In this document: one piece after another, positions 11,001 to 20,575 of the stretch
Position numbering within the stretch: the stretch's first letter is position 1
Layout of the letters: each line of letters starts with the position of its first letter
Assembly (NCBI GenBank): GCA_020718605.1
Contig: DYRR01000001.1
Span: forward strand, 1 to 54,016
Direction: 5' to 3'
Length of the DNA stretch: 54,016 nt
Source of the DNA: Chthoniobacter flavus
Lineage (GTDB): Bacteria > Verrucomicrobiota > Verrucomicrobiia > Chthoniobacterales > CAKUMP01
Made by a program: the position numbers and the translations under genes
Notes under the pieces: model-generated
What the model saw: only the letters and a program-made list of their open reading frames with translations
Told to the model about the DNA's origin: nothing
Database searches by the model: none

Positions 11001-13592
11001 TTACTTTGGAAAGTAAGGCAACTGGGGCGGAGCAACATTGAAATTGTTGGGATCCACCGTGGATTCCACCAGTTCCTCCTCCTCGTCGTCCCTGGCGATG
11101 GGCTCTCCGGCGGGATTGATGAGTCGGGCGGTCACGAAGATGATCAGATTGCGCTTGAGATGCTGGTCGATGGAACTGCGGAAGAGCCGCCCCAGAATCG
11201 GGATGTCGCCGAGGATCGGTGTTTTGTCATCCACTTTCTGGACGTCTTCACGCATCAACCCGCCCAGGGACACTGTCTGGCCGTCCCAAATGCTCACCGA
11301 AGTGGTCACCTTGCGGGTGCTGAAGATCGGTTGTTTGATCTCGTTTGGTGTCAACTCGGTGCGTCCGCCATTGATCAACTGACCGGCCGTGCTGGTGTTG
11401 ATCGTATAAATCGGGCTGCCGTAGTTGATGAAGCCTTCAAACTCGACGACCTGCGGGACCAGGCGAAGATCGATGGTGTATCCGTCCGAACCCACCACCG
11501 GCTCGACTTCGAGTGTGACACCCGTGTTGCGGGTCTCAAACGCGGTCGGGGTGGTCGGCGTGACGGGAAACACGGAAATGGTTGTGGATCCGCCGACACC
11601 TGAGCTACTGCTGCCGCCGAAATCCTGGGGAATCTGCGGCGGATCGAACTCAATCGGGTAGCGGAACTCACGGATGATTTCGATCGTGGCGCGCTCCCCG
11701 CTCTTTGTGGTCACTTTGGGCGAGGAAAGCAGATCCACGCCTTTCTTCTGATCCAGCGCACGAACGACGACCTGGAACTGGGGGTCGGTGAACACCCCGG
11801 CCAGACTGAAGATGCCGGGGGCAACGGTATTTGCGGCACTGCCGAAGAGCAGGGAATCGATGGCGTTGTTCGAAATTCCGTTCGTGCCACTGCGATTGCC
11901 CGAAGTCACCGGATTGGTTCCGACCGCCGTGTCCGTTGCAGGGTCGATAAAAGTGTAATTGTCATTGTTGAGCGCCGTTCCGGATCCAGTCGTTCCACCG
12001 GCACCGAACACGCGCTCCCCACCGATGTTGAAGGCGCTCACCAGCCAGTCAAACCCGAGTTCCTTGAGGTTGTTCTGGGTGATTTCGACAAACTTGGCCT
12101 CGATCTCCACCTGGGTGGGCACGTCCACATTGGATGAATCCACGATGATGTCGATCAACTCAATCTGTTCCTGGGTGTTGCGGACAATGAGCTGGCTGCT
12201 GGATGCCAGAAAGTAGGCACTCGATCCCGGAGGAAACTGGACACCCTGGGATTCCAGAAACTCTTTCGCGCCGGCTTTGCTGGCGAGATTGGATCCGGCA
12301 CCCGTGGCGTCCCCACCACCCAACGTTCCACCGGTTCCGAGCCCGCCACCAGTGGCAGCTCCCGCTCCTCCGGGAACCGCCTGAATAAAGCCCGGCGGCA
12401 CGCGCCAAGTTTTCGTGAGAAGAACATCCGTGGGCTCCGATTGCGGAACGATGGCCACCGCATACTGCTCCACCTTCACCTTGAGATTGGCCAGATTGGC
12501 CACATATTTGAGCGCCTCGCCCAGCGGAATGTTGGTGAGGGAAAGCGTGATGCGGGATTCCGCAGACGGCGCGGCACCGGCCGGAGCGGCCAGCGGATCG
12601 GCCTCAAGTCCGGGAATTGCCGCAGGAGCGGCCGATGCGGAGGAAGCGGAATCGATCTTCAGAACGATGTTCACCCCGCGGCGGGTCGGATCGGGCTCGG
12701 TGGCGTCCAACTCCCGGCTTTTTTCTTTCAGGAAATCGATCGCCTCGCGGATGGTGGCATCCTTGAACTCAAGTCTGGGAACCGTAATTCTGGCAAGTTT
12801 GTTGTTGATATAAGCCGTTCCCGCCTCTTTGGAGGGCCCCTGCTCGATCACCCGCGACTTGTCCAAGCCATAATTTTTCACGGGACTTTCCCATGCACGA
12901 TCCACTTCCCAGATGCTGCGGGACCGGGCTTCATTGTAGGCATCCACCGCATAGGTGCTTTTGGCGTTGTTGATCTGCTCCTGCAAACGGCGGGCCGCGC
13001 CATTATATTTGTCGATGTTGAGCACCTGATCCGTGCGTTTCATCGCCATGTCATAGCGTCCGGAATCATAGAATCCCTGGGCTTCCGCCAGCATTTTTTT
13101 GACCTCCTCGACCGAAGCGATGAACCGGGGGCCCATGGTCTGGTTGTAGTAGGCCGGATCTTCAAGACGGGCCAGCAACAACACCGCCGGGCGGTAGCCC
13201 GGATTATATCCCGGAGCAATCACCATCTCGCAAAGCAGTTTCGCGTCCTCATAGCGCCCCTCGGCGATCCGCTGGTCCGCCAATGCGACAGTCGCTTTGG
13301 AAAATTTGGCGAGCGCGGCGCTCCGGCTTCCCTGCGTGGCGACCGAATCGGGCACCTGGTCGTAGGCGCTCTTGTATTGGGCGATGGCGGCCTCGTAATC
13401 CTTGTCCGCCATGTATTGATCGCCGACCGCCATCATGGTGGCGGCGTTGCTGTCCGCCGCCTGGCGGCGTGCCACCTCGCGGTCTGCGACCGAGGTTACG
13501 TTAAAATCGACGGTTTGCGCCTGCACAAACGGCGCAAAGAAGAGGGCTGCGGCCACAAGAGTGCAGAGAGGGCGGGAGGTTGGTTGGATCAT
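11001..13592 (-). CDS. Secretin (PilQ/GspD family) with long TPR-like N-terminal region
   Basis: Secretin C-domain with the KTPILGDIPILGRLFRS...NLIIFVTARLI signature. A Gly/Thr-rich linker and a helical N-terminal part are present. The ATG at 13592 gives the signal peptide MIQPTSRPLCTLVAAALFFAPFVQA/Q. The ORF track opens at a TTG at 13721, which I consider an artefactual extension. Confidence 0.9.
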   Translation of the reverse strand: MIQPTSRPLCTLVAAALFFAPFVQAQTVDFNVTSVADREVARRQAADSNAATMMAVGDQYMADKDYEAAIAQYKSAYDQVPDSVATQGSRSAALAKFSKATVALADQRIAEGRYEDAKLLCEMVIAPGYNPGYRPAVLLLARLEDPAYYNQTMGPRFIASVEEVKKMLAEAQGFYDSGRYDMAMKRTDQVLNIDKYNGAARRLQEQINNAKSTYAVDAYNEARSRSIWEVDRAWESPVKNYGLDKSRVIEQGPSKEAGTAYINNKLARITVPRLEFKDATIREAIDFLKEKSRELDATEPDPTRRGVNIVLKIDSASSASAAPAAIPGLEADPLAAPAGAAPSAESRITLSLTNIPLGEALKYVANLANLKVKVEQYAVAIVPQSEPTDVLLTKTWRVPPGFIQAVPGGAGAATGGGLGTGGTLGGGDATGAGSNLASKAGAKEFLESQGVQFPPGSSAYFLASSSQLIVRNTQEQIELIDIIVDSSNVDVPTQVEIEAKFVEITQNNLKELGFDWLVSAFNIGGERVFGAGGTTGSGTALNNDNYTFIDPATDTAVGTNPVTSGNRSGTNGISNNAIDSLLFGSAANTVAPGIFSLAGVFTDPQFQVVVRALDQKKGVDLLSSPKVTTKSGERATIEIIREFRYPIEFDPPQIPQDFGGSSSSGVGGSTTISVFPVTPTTPTAFETRNTGVTLEVEPVVGSDGYTIDLRLVPQVVEFEGFINYGSPIYTINTSTAGQLINGGRTELTPNEIKQPIFSTRKVTTSVSIWDGQTVSLGGLMREDVQKVDDKTPILGDIPILGRLFRSSIDQHLKRNLIIFVTARLINPAGEPIARDDEEEELVESTVDPNNFNVAPPQLPYFPK

Positions 13593-13717
13593 AAATCGAA
13601 TCGGGTTTGGCGGATGAAATGACAGGTCGGTTAAGGGAAGGACATTGGTGCTGCTTGAATTCGCGAAGAGAAAATAACCGGCCTGCACCAGCAGACCACG
13701 GAAGCACCCCGAACTGC

Positions 13718-14653
13718 TCAAGGGCTTTCCATACGGGGAACGGTGACTTCCTCTCCTGACTTCAAGTTCTTGATTACCGCTTTTTCCCGTGAAATGTCAA
13801 CGAGATTATATTCGATGTTGTCGGGGGGGAGTTTGAAATTTGCTCCCCGCTTCACGCTGAATTCGCTTCCGTCCTTGAGATAGCGGAATTTTCCGAACGA
13901 ATCGGGCGAGTTGCCGGTAACCTCGACGACCAGCACAATCTTCTCCCCCGTATCCGTGCTTTCAAGCGTAAGTTCGGAGATGTCATCCGTCGCTCCGGTG
14001 CGCGGATTGGGCCGGGTCTTCTGCTCAAACGAGGCGACCTTGAACTTGGTCCCGGCAATCGGTTCCCCCACCCGCAGAAACTGACTGGGCTGGCTCACAT
14101 CGATCGTATTGATCTGGAACCGGTCCCCGGTGTACGCGGCAAAAAGCAACCGGAACGGGCGGCTGATGTACTCGGCCAAGCGCAGTTTGTTGTGGTACGG
14201 AGGGGCGGAAGCGGCGTCCTGCGGATTGGTCCCGGCTTTCCACTCCTCCAATACAGTGAATCCATCGCCATCCCCGTCTTCATTCAGAATATTTGGATCC
14301 AGCAGGTCCAACTCATTATCAATAATCCACTTATTGGGAATGGGTGGATGCAGGTCATAACCCTGATCCTCGGGATTGATGAGACGGCCCTCCTGCTCAA
14401 TATGAGGCCGGGAAACCAGCAGGGGCCCTTTTCGAACCCACGTGGCGGGTGCTTTCATAAGCTCCACCGCATGGTCCAACGCGGAGGTATCGATCGTATC
14501 GATCTCCTTGCTTCCGACCACCTCGCCCCGAACGCTTTCGAACGTCTTGCCGAATCCGGCCACGTTGCGGATAATTAGAGCGGAAAACGCGAGCAGAGCC
14601 AGGGACACCACCACCAGGAGAACGCGTTCGTAAAAATTGCGGATAAAGTCCAT
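13718..14653 (-). CDS. Membrane-anchored protein in the PilP position of the pilus-like cluster (unknown function)
   Basis: 311-aa ORF with ATG start. N-terminal TM helix VLLVVVSLALLAFSALII, an Asp-rich NEDGDGDGFTVLEEWKAGTNPQD motif (thrombospondin-3 / Ca-binding-like), and a beta-rich C-terminal half. It lies between the PilO-like gene and the secretin gene. Confidence 0.75.
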   Translation of the reverse strand: MDFIRNFYERVLLVVVSLALLAFSALIIRNVAGFGKTFESVRGEVVGSKEIDTIDTSALDHAVELMKAPATWVRKGPLLVSRPHIEQEGRLINPEDQGYDLHPPIPNKWIIDNELDLLDPNILNEDGDGDGFTVLEEWKAGTNPQDAASAPPYHNKLRLAEYISRPFRLLFAAYTGDRFQINTIDVSQPSQFLRVGEPIAGTKFKVASFEQKTRPNPRTGATDDISELTLESTDTGEKIVLVVEVTGNSPDSFGKFRYLKDGSEFSVKRGANFKLPPDNIEYNLVDISREKAVIKNLKSGEEVTVPRMESP

Positions 14654-14659
14654 GGCTGC

Positions 14660-15616
14660 TTAACGGGCTTGGGGATCTCCTGCGGTTTTTGCCGCAGGGG
14701 CGGCATCGGGCTCGGCAAAATCGGGAATCTCGATCAACAGATCGGTATCGATTTTTTCCTTGCCGAGAATAAATTGAAGCCGCCCCTCTTTCCCGGCAGC
14801 CTTGGCTCCGGCATCCCCGGCCGCACCACCGAAGATTGAGGTACCACCGGAAGATCCCGAGGCGGCGGCGGACGCACCGGCACCACGCTGCGGCCCCTTG
14901 GTTTGCCCGTTGGTGACCGAGAGCGAGCGGACGATAAAAAAGCTTTTTGCGGAAACAATATTGTTGAGAACGGTGCGCACCGACCCCGCCTCACCCTGGA
15001 AGGCCACGCGCACGATATCCGAGGTCACCAGAGGAGTTGTTGACTTCTTGACCCCGGCGGCGGAAGGTGCACTTCCGCTCTCGACGGCAAGCATGCGGCG
15101 CTCCAGGACTTTGATGGAAGTGGCGCGGCCATTGATGAGAGCCCGAACCAGAAAATCCATCGACTTGAGCTGCCTCAACAAAGCCGGCGCCGCCGCAGCA
15201 GACGGGAGTTCATTCTCGTAGGGATTGAATCCAAGATAAAACTTCTCAGGCAGGGCAACCCCGGCGGCTGCGGCATCTTTGACCACGGAAGACACCATCT
15301 CCCGGAGGCGATCCTGGAACGCATTGGGTGTCACGTCCTCCAACGGGATCTCATAGCCGGACAATTCCGAACGCAACTCGCCGATCCGCCCGGCAAACCT
15401 GGACTTCTCGGCCTCCAGTGCCTTGAGATTCCCGGTATCGGGAAAGGGTTTCAGAGCCTGAAGCCGCGCGAGTTCCGTGGCCTGCTTGTCGTAAGTCACC
15501 GACACTTCGGAATAATTTTGATAGGCAAAAAACAGCAAAACACCAAGAGCCAGCGAGCCAACGGCAATGACCGACCAGAAGATGATGAGGAATTTATTGT
15601 CGCGGGCCGCACTCAT
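14660..15616 (-). CDS. PilO-position membrane protein, Amuc_1100-like
   Basis: 318-aa ORF. N-terminal TM FLIIFWSVIAVGSLALGVLLFFAY, a coiled-coil segment, then an alpha/beta domain. TPNAFQDRLREM, VRVAFQGEAGSVRTVLNNI, FFIVRSLSV and a Gly/Ala-rich linker resemble my recollection of Akkermansia Amuc_1100. An ATGA overlap joins it to the upstream gene at 15613-15616. Confidence 0.7.
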   Translation of the reverse strand: MSAARDNKFLIIFWSVIAVGSLALGVLLFFAYQNYSEVSVTYDKQATELARLQALKPFPDTGNLKALEAEKSRFAGRIGELRSELSGYEIPLEDVTPNAFQDRLREMVSSVVKDAAAAGVALPEKFYLGFNPYENELPSAAAAPALLRQLKSMDFLVRALINGRATSIKVLERRMLAVESGSAPSAAGVKKSTTPLVTSDIVRVAFQGEAGSVRTVLNNIVSAKSFFIVRSLSVTNGQTKGPQRGAGASAAASGSSGGTSIFGGAAGDAGAKAAGKEGRLQFILGKEKIDTDLLIEIPDFAEPDAAPAAKTAGDPQAR

Positions 15617-17355
15617 GGGAGATCGAGAGGTTTTTTCAGGCGCACAAGGATTTCATATTCGTAGGCCCACTCCGTGCCGGTCGGCTGGGACCGGCGGGTG
15701 ACCTCGGGCTTCTCAAACAGAGTGGATTGGGACAGATTGGCCACAAAAGTGTCCACAACCTGCGCCTGACGGGGATTGTCCAGATACAGACCCCGGATTC
15801 GAATTCCGTTGATAACCGGCTTGGATGGGGGTGCGGCGGGAGATCCCGGTTTTTGTGCGCCAACCGGAGCGGCGACCCCCTTGAGCACCGCTTCGGGAGT
15901 CACCGGATGGACTTTGTCTCCCACAATCCAGACGGGCTCCCCCTGGGTTATCCAGATGTAGAGTTCCGGAAGACGGGAGTGCAGATCCTCCAGAAGGGCG
16001 GCCCAATACTGGCGTTCTTCGGTCGCCTGGATGAAGGGCTGCGAAGTCTGCTCAAGATCCTTGATTTCGCCTCGCACTTTCTTGAACCGGTTCTCAAACC
16101 CCTGCAGACCGGTCACCCTTTCCTGAAGCTGCTGCACAACCTCCCTCTTGATTTCAGCGGCATGCTTGAAATACACCCACCACCCCGCAATCGAAAGCAG
16201 AATGCACAACCCGGATAGAATCAGGTAAGGCCTCTTGGACTCGATCTTGCGCGCCTGCGAGACCGAGGCGGGACGCAGATTGAGTTCCATGGGGCAATCG
16301 TGAACATTCCGCAAACTCAGCCCGACAAGTTCTCCAAGCAGATGAGCCTCCTTCATCGCCTGCTCGGGCACCACGCTGCTCGTGAGCGGCACGTTGCGGA
16401 GCGGATTGAAAAACTCGATGGGGATTTGCAGTTTCTCGGAAAAAAACTCCCGCATATACGGCAGACTGGCCGTGCCGCCACAAAGCAATATCCGGACCGG
16501 CTGGGCCCCCTGTTGCTGCGCGCGATAAAAACTGATGGATCGCGTAATCTCGGCATGGAGCCGGATCATGGTATTGCGGGTAATCTTGGACAACCGGGCC
16601 ACTTCGGGATCGCTTGGCTCGGCATAGGCACCCCCGAGCCCGACGAAAGCATCCGCCTTTTTCTTTTCCTCGGCCAACACCGCAGCCACACTGAATTCCT
16701 TGACCACCGCCGCCGTAATCGTGCCGCCCCCGATGGGAATGCTGCGGCTGAACACCTTTCCGGACTCGATAAAAATAAGGTTGGTTGTGCGAGCGCCGAT
16801 ATCGATGAGCAGCGTGCAGCCCGACAGGTCGCTGTAGTTGTAGCGGAACGCGTTGTAAAGCGCCATGGGCGCAACATCCACCACTCCGGTTTTGAGATGA
16901 TTGGCCTCGACGGCGGAATTCATCCCATCCAGCAGATCGGCCTTGATCGCCACAAGCACCACTTCCATCTTGTCCTCCGCCCCCACACCCACAAGCTGGT
17001 AGTCCCACACCACTTCGTGAATGGGAAAGGGGACATTTTGCTGCGCCTCAAACTGGATGATCTGATCGACTTTATCCTCGGCAACCACGGGCAGCTTGAC
17101 AAAGCGGGTGAAAACAGACTGTGCCGACACGGAATAATTCGCGGCACCTCCCTTGACCCCGAGTGCCTGCATGGCCTCGGCGACCGCAGCCTGCACATGG
17201 GCGCCCCGCAAACTTTCCGCGCCGATATCGGGACCGAGATCCACCAACTTGTAGCCGTTGAGAGACACCCCCCCGCTGGAAGCCGCTCTGAAATCAGCCA
17301 AGCCAACCGTCTGGGAACCGATGTTGAGTGTAATGATGCGAGCGGGCGATGCCAT
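15613..17355 (-). CDS. PilM (actin-like ATPase) fused to PilN-like transmembrane/coiled-coil module
   Basis: 580-aa ORF. Actin-fold phosphate motifs ITLNIGSQTVGLADF, LLIDIGARTTNLIFI and ILLCGGTASLPYMREFF. These are followed by LNLRP (PilN INLLP-like), the TM PYLILSGLCILLSIAGWWVYF and a coiled coil. Confidence 0.85.
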   Translation of the reverse strand: MASPARIITLNIGSQTVGLADFRAASSGGVSLNGYKLVDLGPDIGAESLRGAHVQAAVAEAMQALGVKGGAANYSVSAQSVFTRFVKLPVVAEDKVDQIIQFEAQQNVPFPIHEVVWDYQLVGVGAEDKMEVVLVAIKADLLDGMNSAVEANHLKTGVVDVAPMALYNAFRYNYSDLSGCTLLIDIGARTTNLIFIESGKVFSRSIPIGGGTITAAVVKEFSVAAVLAEEKKKADAFVGLGGAYAEPSDPEVARLSKITRNTMIRLHAEITRSISFYRAQQQGAQPVRILLCGGTASLPYMREFFSEKLQIPIEFFNPLRNVPLTSSVVPEQAMKEAHLLGELVGLSLRNVHDCPMELNLRPASVSQARKIESKRPYLILSGLCILLSIAGWWVYFKHAAEIKREVVQQLQERVTGLQGFENRFKKVRGEIKDLEQTSQPFIQATEERQYWAALLEDLHSRLPELYIWITQGEPVWIVGDKVHPVTPEAVLKGVAAPVGAQKPGSPAAPPSKPVINGIRIRGLYLDNPRQAQVVDTFVANLSQSTLFEKPEVTRRSQPTGTEWAYEYEILVRLKKPLDLP

Positions 17356-17413
17356 GCGCGGGAAAGGTCGTGAAGCGTGAATCGGTGGGGCTGTCCGGAT
17401 TTTTCGACGGGCG

Positions 17414-18013
17414 TTAACGGGCCTCCGGTTTGATGAGTTCGTAGCGGTCCCAATAAAGGGCGGAAAACGGAGTCTGATTCTTGTTCAGCAGCACTCCGGG
17501 CACGTTGGGCTTGCTGCTCCACCACTGCCCTTTGGGCGCCCCGCGGGAACTTGTCTCGGCCACGAGTTGCCCCTTGTAAAAAGCCTGCACCGCCACCGGA
17601 TCCACATCGGAAGGCTGGACGGTTTTTCCATCGGCCAGAAATGAGAGCGTCTGGGGCGCAATATACATCACCGAGTAGCGCGGCTTGCCTTCCGCCACGT
17701 GCATGTGAGCCACTTCGCCGGAGAACACTTTGTCGAGGGATTTGATGTACACAAAATACTTGAAATTCAAATCCTCCAGAATCTTGGGGTCGGCCGCAGA
17801 GGGGCGGTAGCCGAACTCCACCTCGAACTCCATCCAGTTCTGCGAGGGCGGTGTGCGCCGCTTGTCCCCCGAGTAGTTGACGTCGGCCGTTTTGATCGAG
17901 TTGGCGGAGATGCTGACAATTTCGACGCCTTTCTGGGCAAGCACCGACGGTGCCAATCCAGGCGCGAGGAAAACAAGCAATGCGAGCGGTGCGAGGAGTC
18001 GGGCGGGTTTCAT
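17414..18013 (-). CDS. Secreted protein of unknown function, first gene of the pilus-like cluster (Amuc_1102 position)
   Basis: 199-aa ORF with ATG start and signal peptide MKPARLLAPLALLVFLAPGLAPSVLA/Q. I recognised no catalytic motif. Confidence 0.7.
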   Translation of the reverse strand: MKPARLLAPLALLVFLAPGLAPSVLAQKGVEIVSISANSIKTADVNYSGDKRRTPPSQNWMEFEVEFGYRPSAADPKILEDLNFKYFVYIKSLDKVFSGEVAHMHVAEGKPRYSVMYIAPQTLSFLADGKTVQPSDVDPVAVQAFYKGQLVAETSSRGAPKGQWWSSKPNVPGVLLNKNQTPFSALYWDRYELIKPEAR

Positions 18014-18087
18014 GGCATGATTAGGGTTTCAGGAGGGGGGACATCCGGGCAGCCCCACATTGGGGGATGCTGTTCAAGAAGGGCTGC

Positions 18088-18116
18088 ACTGTAAACGGTT
18101 CTGATTTTGTTGTAAA
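18088..18116 (-). promoter_or_regulatory. Candidate sigma70-type promoter for the pilus-like cluster
   Basis: On the minus strand: TTTACA (18116-18111), a 17-nt spacer, then TACAGT (18093-18088). It lies ~75 nt upstream of the start codon at 18013. Confidence 0.3.
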
Positions 18117-18132
18117 TAAAACTTTGCGAATC

Positions 18133-19086
18133 TCATTCTTTTATCCGACCCGCAAAATAATCGATGGTCTTGCGCATTCCTTCCTGCAGATCCACCTTTG
18201 GCTCCCAGCCCAGCTTGGCCCGGGCCTGCGTGATGTCGGGCTGGCGGACCCGCGGATCGTCCACGGGCAACGGGCGGAAATCAATCTGCGACTTGGATCC
18301 CGTGAGGCGCAGGATCTCATCGGCAAACTGCCGGATGGTCATCTCCGCAGGATTGCCGATGTTGACCGGCTCGTGGCAATCGCTCATGGCAAGCCGGAAA
18401 ATGCCGTCGATGAGGTCCGAAACAAAACAGAAACTGCGCGTCTGGCTCCCGTCGCCAAACACCGTGAGCGGCTTGCCGTCGAGTGCCTGCCCGATGAATG
18501 CCGGCACCACCCGCCCGTCCCGCAGACGCATGCGCGGCCCGTAGGTGTTGAAGATGCGGACAATCTTGGTATCGACGCCATGGGCACGATGGTAGGCCAT
18601 GGTGATGGCTTCCGCGAAGCGCTTGGCCTCATCGTACACACCGCGCGGGCCGATGGGATTCACATTGCCCCAATAGCTTTCTTTCTGGGGATGAACCAGC
18701 GGATCCCCATAGACTTCCGAGGTCGAGGCGAGCAGGAAGCGGGCTTTTTTGTCCTTGGCAAGCCCGAGCGCATTATGCGTTCCAAGCGCCCCCACCTTGA
18801 GCGTGGGAATGGGCAGCTCCAAATAATCGATGGGGCTCGCCGGAGACGCGAAGTGAAACACAAAATCCACCCGGCCCGGAATGAACAGATAATGGGTCAC
18901 ATCCTGCCGGATGAATTGATAGTCGGGATTGCCGGAGAGATGCTCGATGTTGATGATGTTGCCGGTGACAAGATTGTCGATGGCGATGACTTTGTGCCCC
19001 TCCGCAAGCAGACGATCGGTGAGGTGGGAACCAAGGAATCCGGCGCCGCCGGTAACGAGTGAGACAGGCTTGTATTGATGGGGCAT
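18133..19086 (-). CDS. UDP-glucuronate decarboxylase (UDP-xylose synthase), SDR family
   Basis: [16 protein letters not shown] Rossmann motif, catalytic YDEAKR, and strong overall UXS-like sequence ([19 protein letters not shown]). The ATG at 19086 is preferred over the GTG at 19110. Confidence 0.92.
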   Translation of the reverse strand: MPHQYKPVSLVTGGAGFLGSHLTDRLLAEGHKVIAIDNLVTGNIINIEHLSGNPDYQFIRQDVTHYLFIPGRVDFVFHFASPASPIDYLELPIPTLKVGALGTHNALGLAKDKKARFLLASTSEVYGDPLVHPQKESYWGNVNPIGPRGVYDEAKRFAEAITMAYHRAHGVDTKIVRIFNTYGPRMRLRDGRVVPAFIGQALDGKPLTVFGDGSQTRSFCFVSDLIDGIFRLAMSDCHEPVNIGNPAEMTIRQFADEILRLTGSKSQIDFRPLPVDDPRVRQPDITQARAKLGWEPKVDLQEGMRKTIDYFAGRIKE

Positions 19087-19134
19087 GGCGATGCTTTGTA
19101 GCAGACCCACAAAAAATGACGAGAGGGAAAATCG

Positions 19135-20526
19135 CTATTTTGCACCAAAACCCAACAGCACCACCGGGATGGTTTTCAGCAGGATCTTGATATCAAGCCA
19201 TAGAGACCAGTTGTCGATATAGCGCAGATCGAGCCGGACCCAGTCGTCAAAATCCCGCACCTCATTGCGTCCGCCGATCTGCCAGAGACAGGTGAGCCCC
19301 GGCTTGACACTGAGTCGGCGGCGCTGCGCTCTTTTTTCAATTTTCTCCACCTCATACACCGGCAGCGGACGCGGACCCACCAGACTCATGTCGCCCGTCA
19401 GCACATTGAAGAGCTGCGGCAGTTCATCGATGCTCGTCCGGCGCAGCCACCCCCCGAATGGAGTGATCCGGGGATCGTTCTCCACTTTGAACACCGGGCC
19501 GCTCATCTGGTTGAACACCTCCAACTCGGCCCGCCGCATTTCCGCGTCGGTGTGCATGGTCCGGAATTTCCACATGCGGAACGGCTTGCCATGCCGTCCA
19601 CCCCGCATTTGCTTGAAGAAAACAGGCCCCGGAGAGGACAGCCGAATACCGATCATGGCAACCAGAAAAAGTGGCGAAAGCAGAAGGATCGCAAACAATG
19701 CCCCCGCCCGATCGATGAAGACCTTGAGCAGGAGCTGAAGGGACGCATCCGGCGTGCAGCGAAAGGCAATGACCGGCCGCCCCCCAATGACATCAAAAAA
19801 GGGTGTCGCGATGCTGGTGTGGATGAAGTCTGCCATCAGCCAGGCCTCGACCCCCTCGGTCTCGCACGCCTCAATCCCCTCCTGGATTTTATCGATCTGC
19901 CCGTGGCGTCCGGCAAAGATCACATGCCCCACAGAGTTCCGGTGCAGGCTTTCCACCAGGCACTCCACCGGCTGTGTCTCGATGTCGATGCGATCCACGA
20001 CTTTCATGAGCAACATCTGATCCTTGGTGAATCCGCTTTCAAGGGCCGCGATTTCTCCCGGCAACCCCGCGATCACGACCGGTTCCCGCAAATCCTCGTT
20101 GTGCGCTCTGTGCCGGAACCTCCAAAGCATGAGCCGCTCACGCCCCAACAACACCAGCACACCGGCCACGGAAAAAATCAACAGCACGCTGCGGCTGGGA
20201 ATCTGCAGACGGAAAAATATCACACTGGCCGCCAACACCAGGAACATCCAAAATCCCGCGCGCAGCACCTGGCCGAACGATCTCCACAGCGGCTTGTCCA
20301 GGGTGACCGCGTAGAATCCCTGAAACTCCAACAACAGCGGACCAAACGGAACAATCAACGCCACCATCCACAGAAACTGATCAAAAGCCGGAATCCGCGA
20401 TGGCAGATCCAGGTACAGCGTTCCATAGTATCGCAGCGCATGCGACCCCCAAAGCGCCACGGCAAGCAGCAGCCCGTCAAAAACCTGATTGACCTGCAGA
20501 TTTAAAGCTTGTTTTCGCTGGAGCAT
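19135..20526 (-). CDS. Polyprenyl-phosphate hexose-1-phosphate transferase (bacterial sugar transferase, WbaP/WcaJ-like)
   Basis: 463-aa ORF. Four or five N-terminal TM helices and a C-terminal sugar-transferase domain: DELPQLFNVLTGDMSLVGPRPLPVYE, KPGLTCLWQIGGRNE. Confidence 0.9.
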   Translation of the reverse strand: MLQRKQALNLQVNQVFDGLLLAVALWGSHALRYYGTLYLDLPSRIPAFDQFLWMVALIVPFGPLLLEFQGFYAVTLDKPLWRSFGQVLRAGFWMFLVLAASVIFFRLQIPSRSVLLIFSVAGVLVLLGRERLMLWRFRHRAHNEDLREPVVIAGLPGEIAALESGFTKDQMLLMKVVDRIDIETQPVECLVESLHRNSVGHVIFAGRHGQIDKIQEGIEACETEGVEAWLMADFIHTSIATPFFDVIGGRPVIAFRCTPDASLQLLLKVFIDRAGALFAILLLSPLFLVAMIGIRLSSPGPVFFKQMRGGRHGKPFRMWKFRTMHTDAEMRRAELEVFNQMSGPVFKVENDPRITPFGGWLRRTSIDELPQLFNVLTGDMSLVGPRPLPVYEVEKIEKRAQRRRLSVKPGLTCLWQIGGRNEVRDFDDWVRLDLRYIDNWSLWLDIKILLKTIPVVLLGFGAK

Positions 20527-20575
20527 GGCGAGGACAGTAGCCCGGTCAATTCAACCGACACCCGGAGTCGCCCCC

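Noticed and set aside
13593-13721. TTG-initiated 43-codon N-terminal extension of the secretin ORF, which would give a 4-nt overlap with the upstream gene.
   Set aside because: The extension lacks signal-peptide character, whereas the ATG at 13592 is followed by a textbook signal peptide. The alternative cannot be fully excluded.
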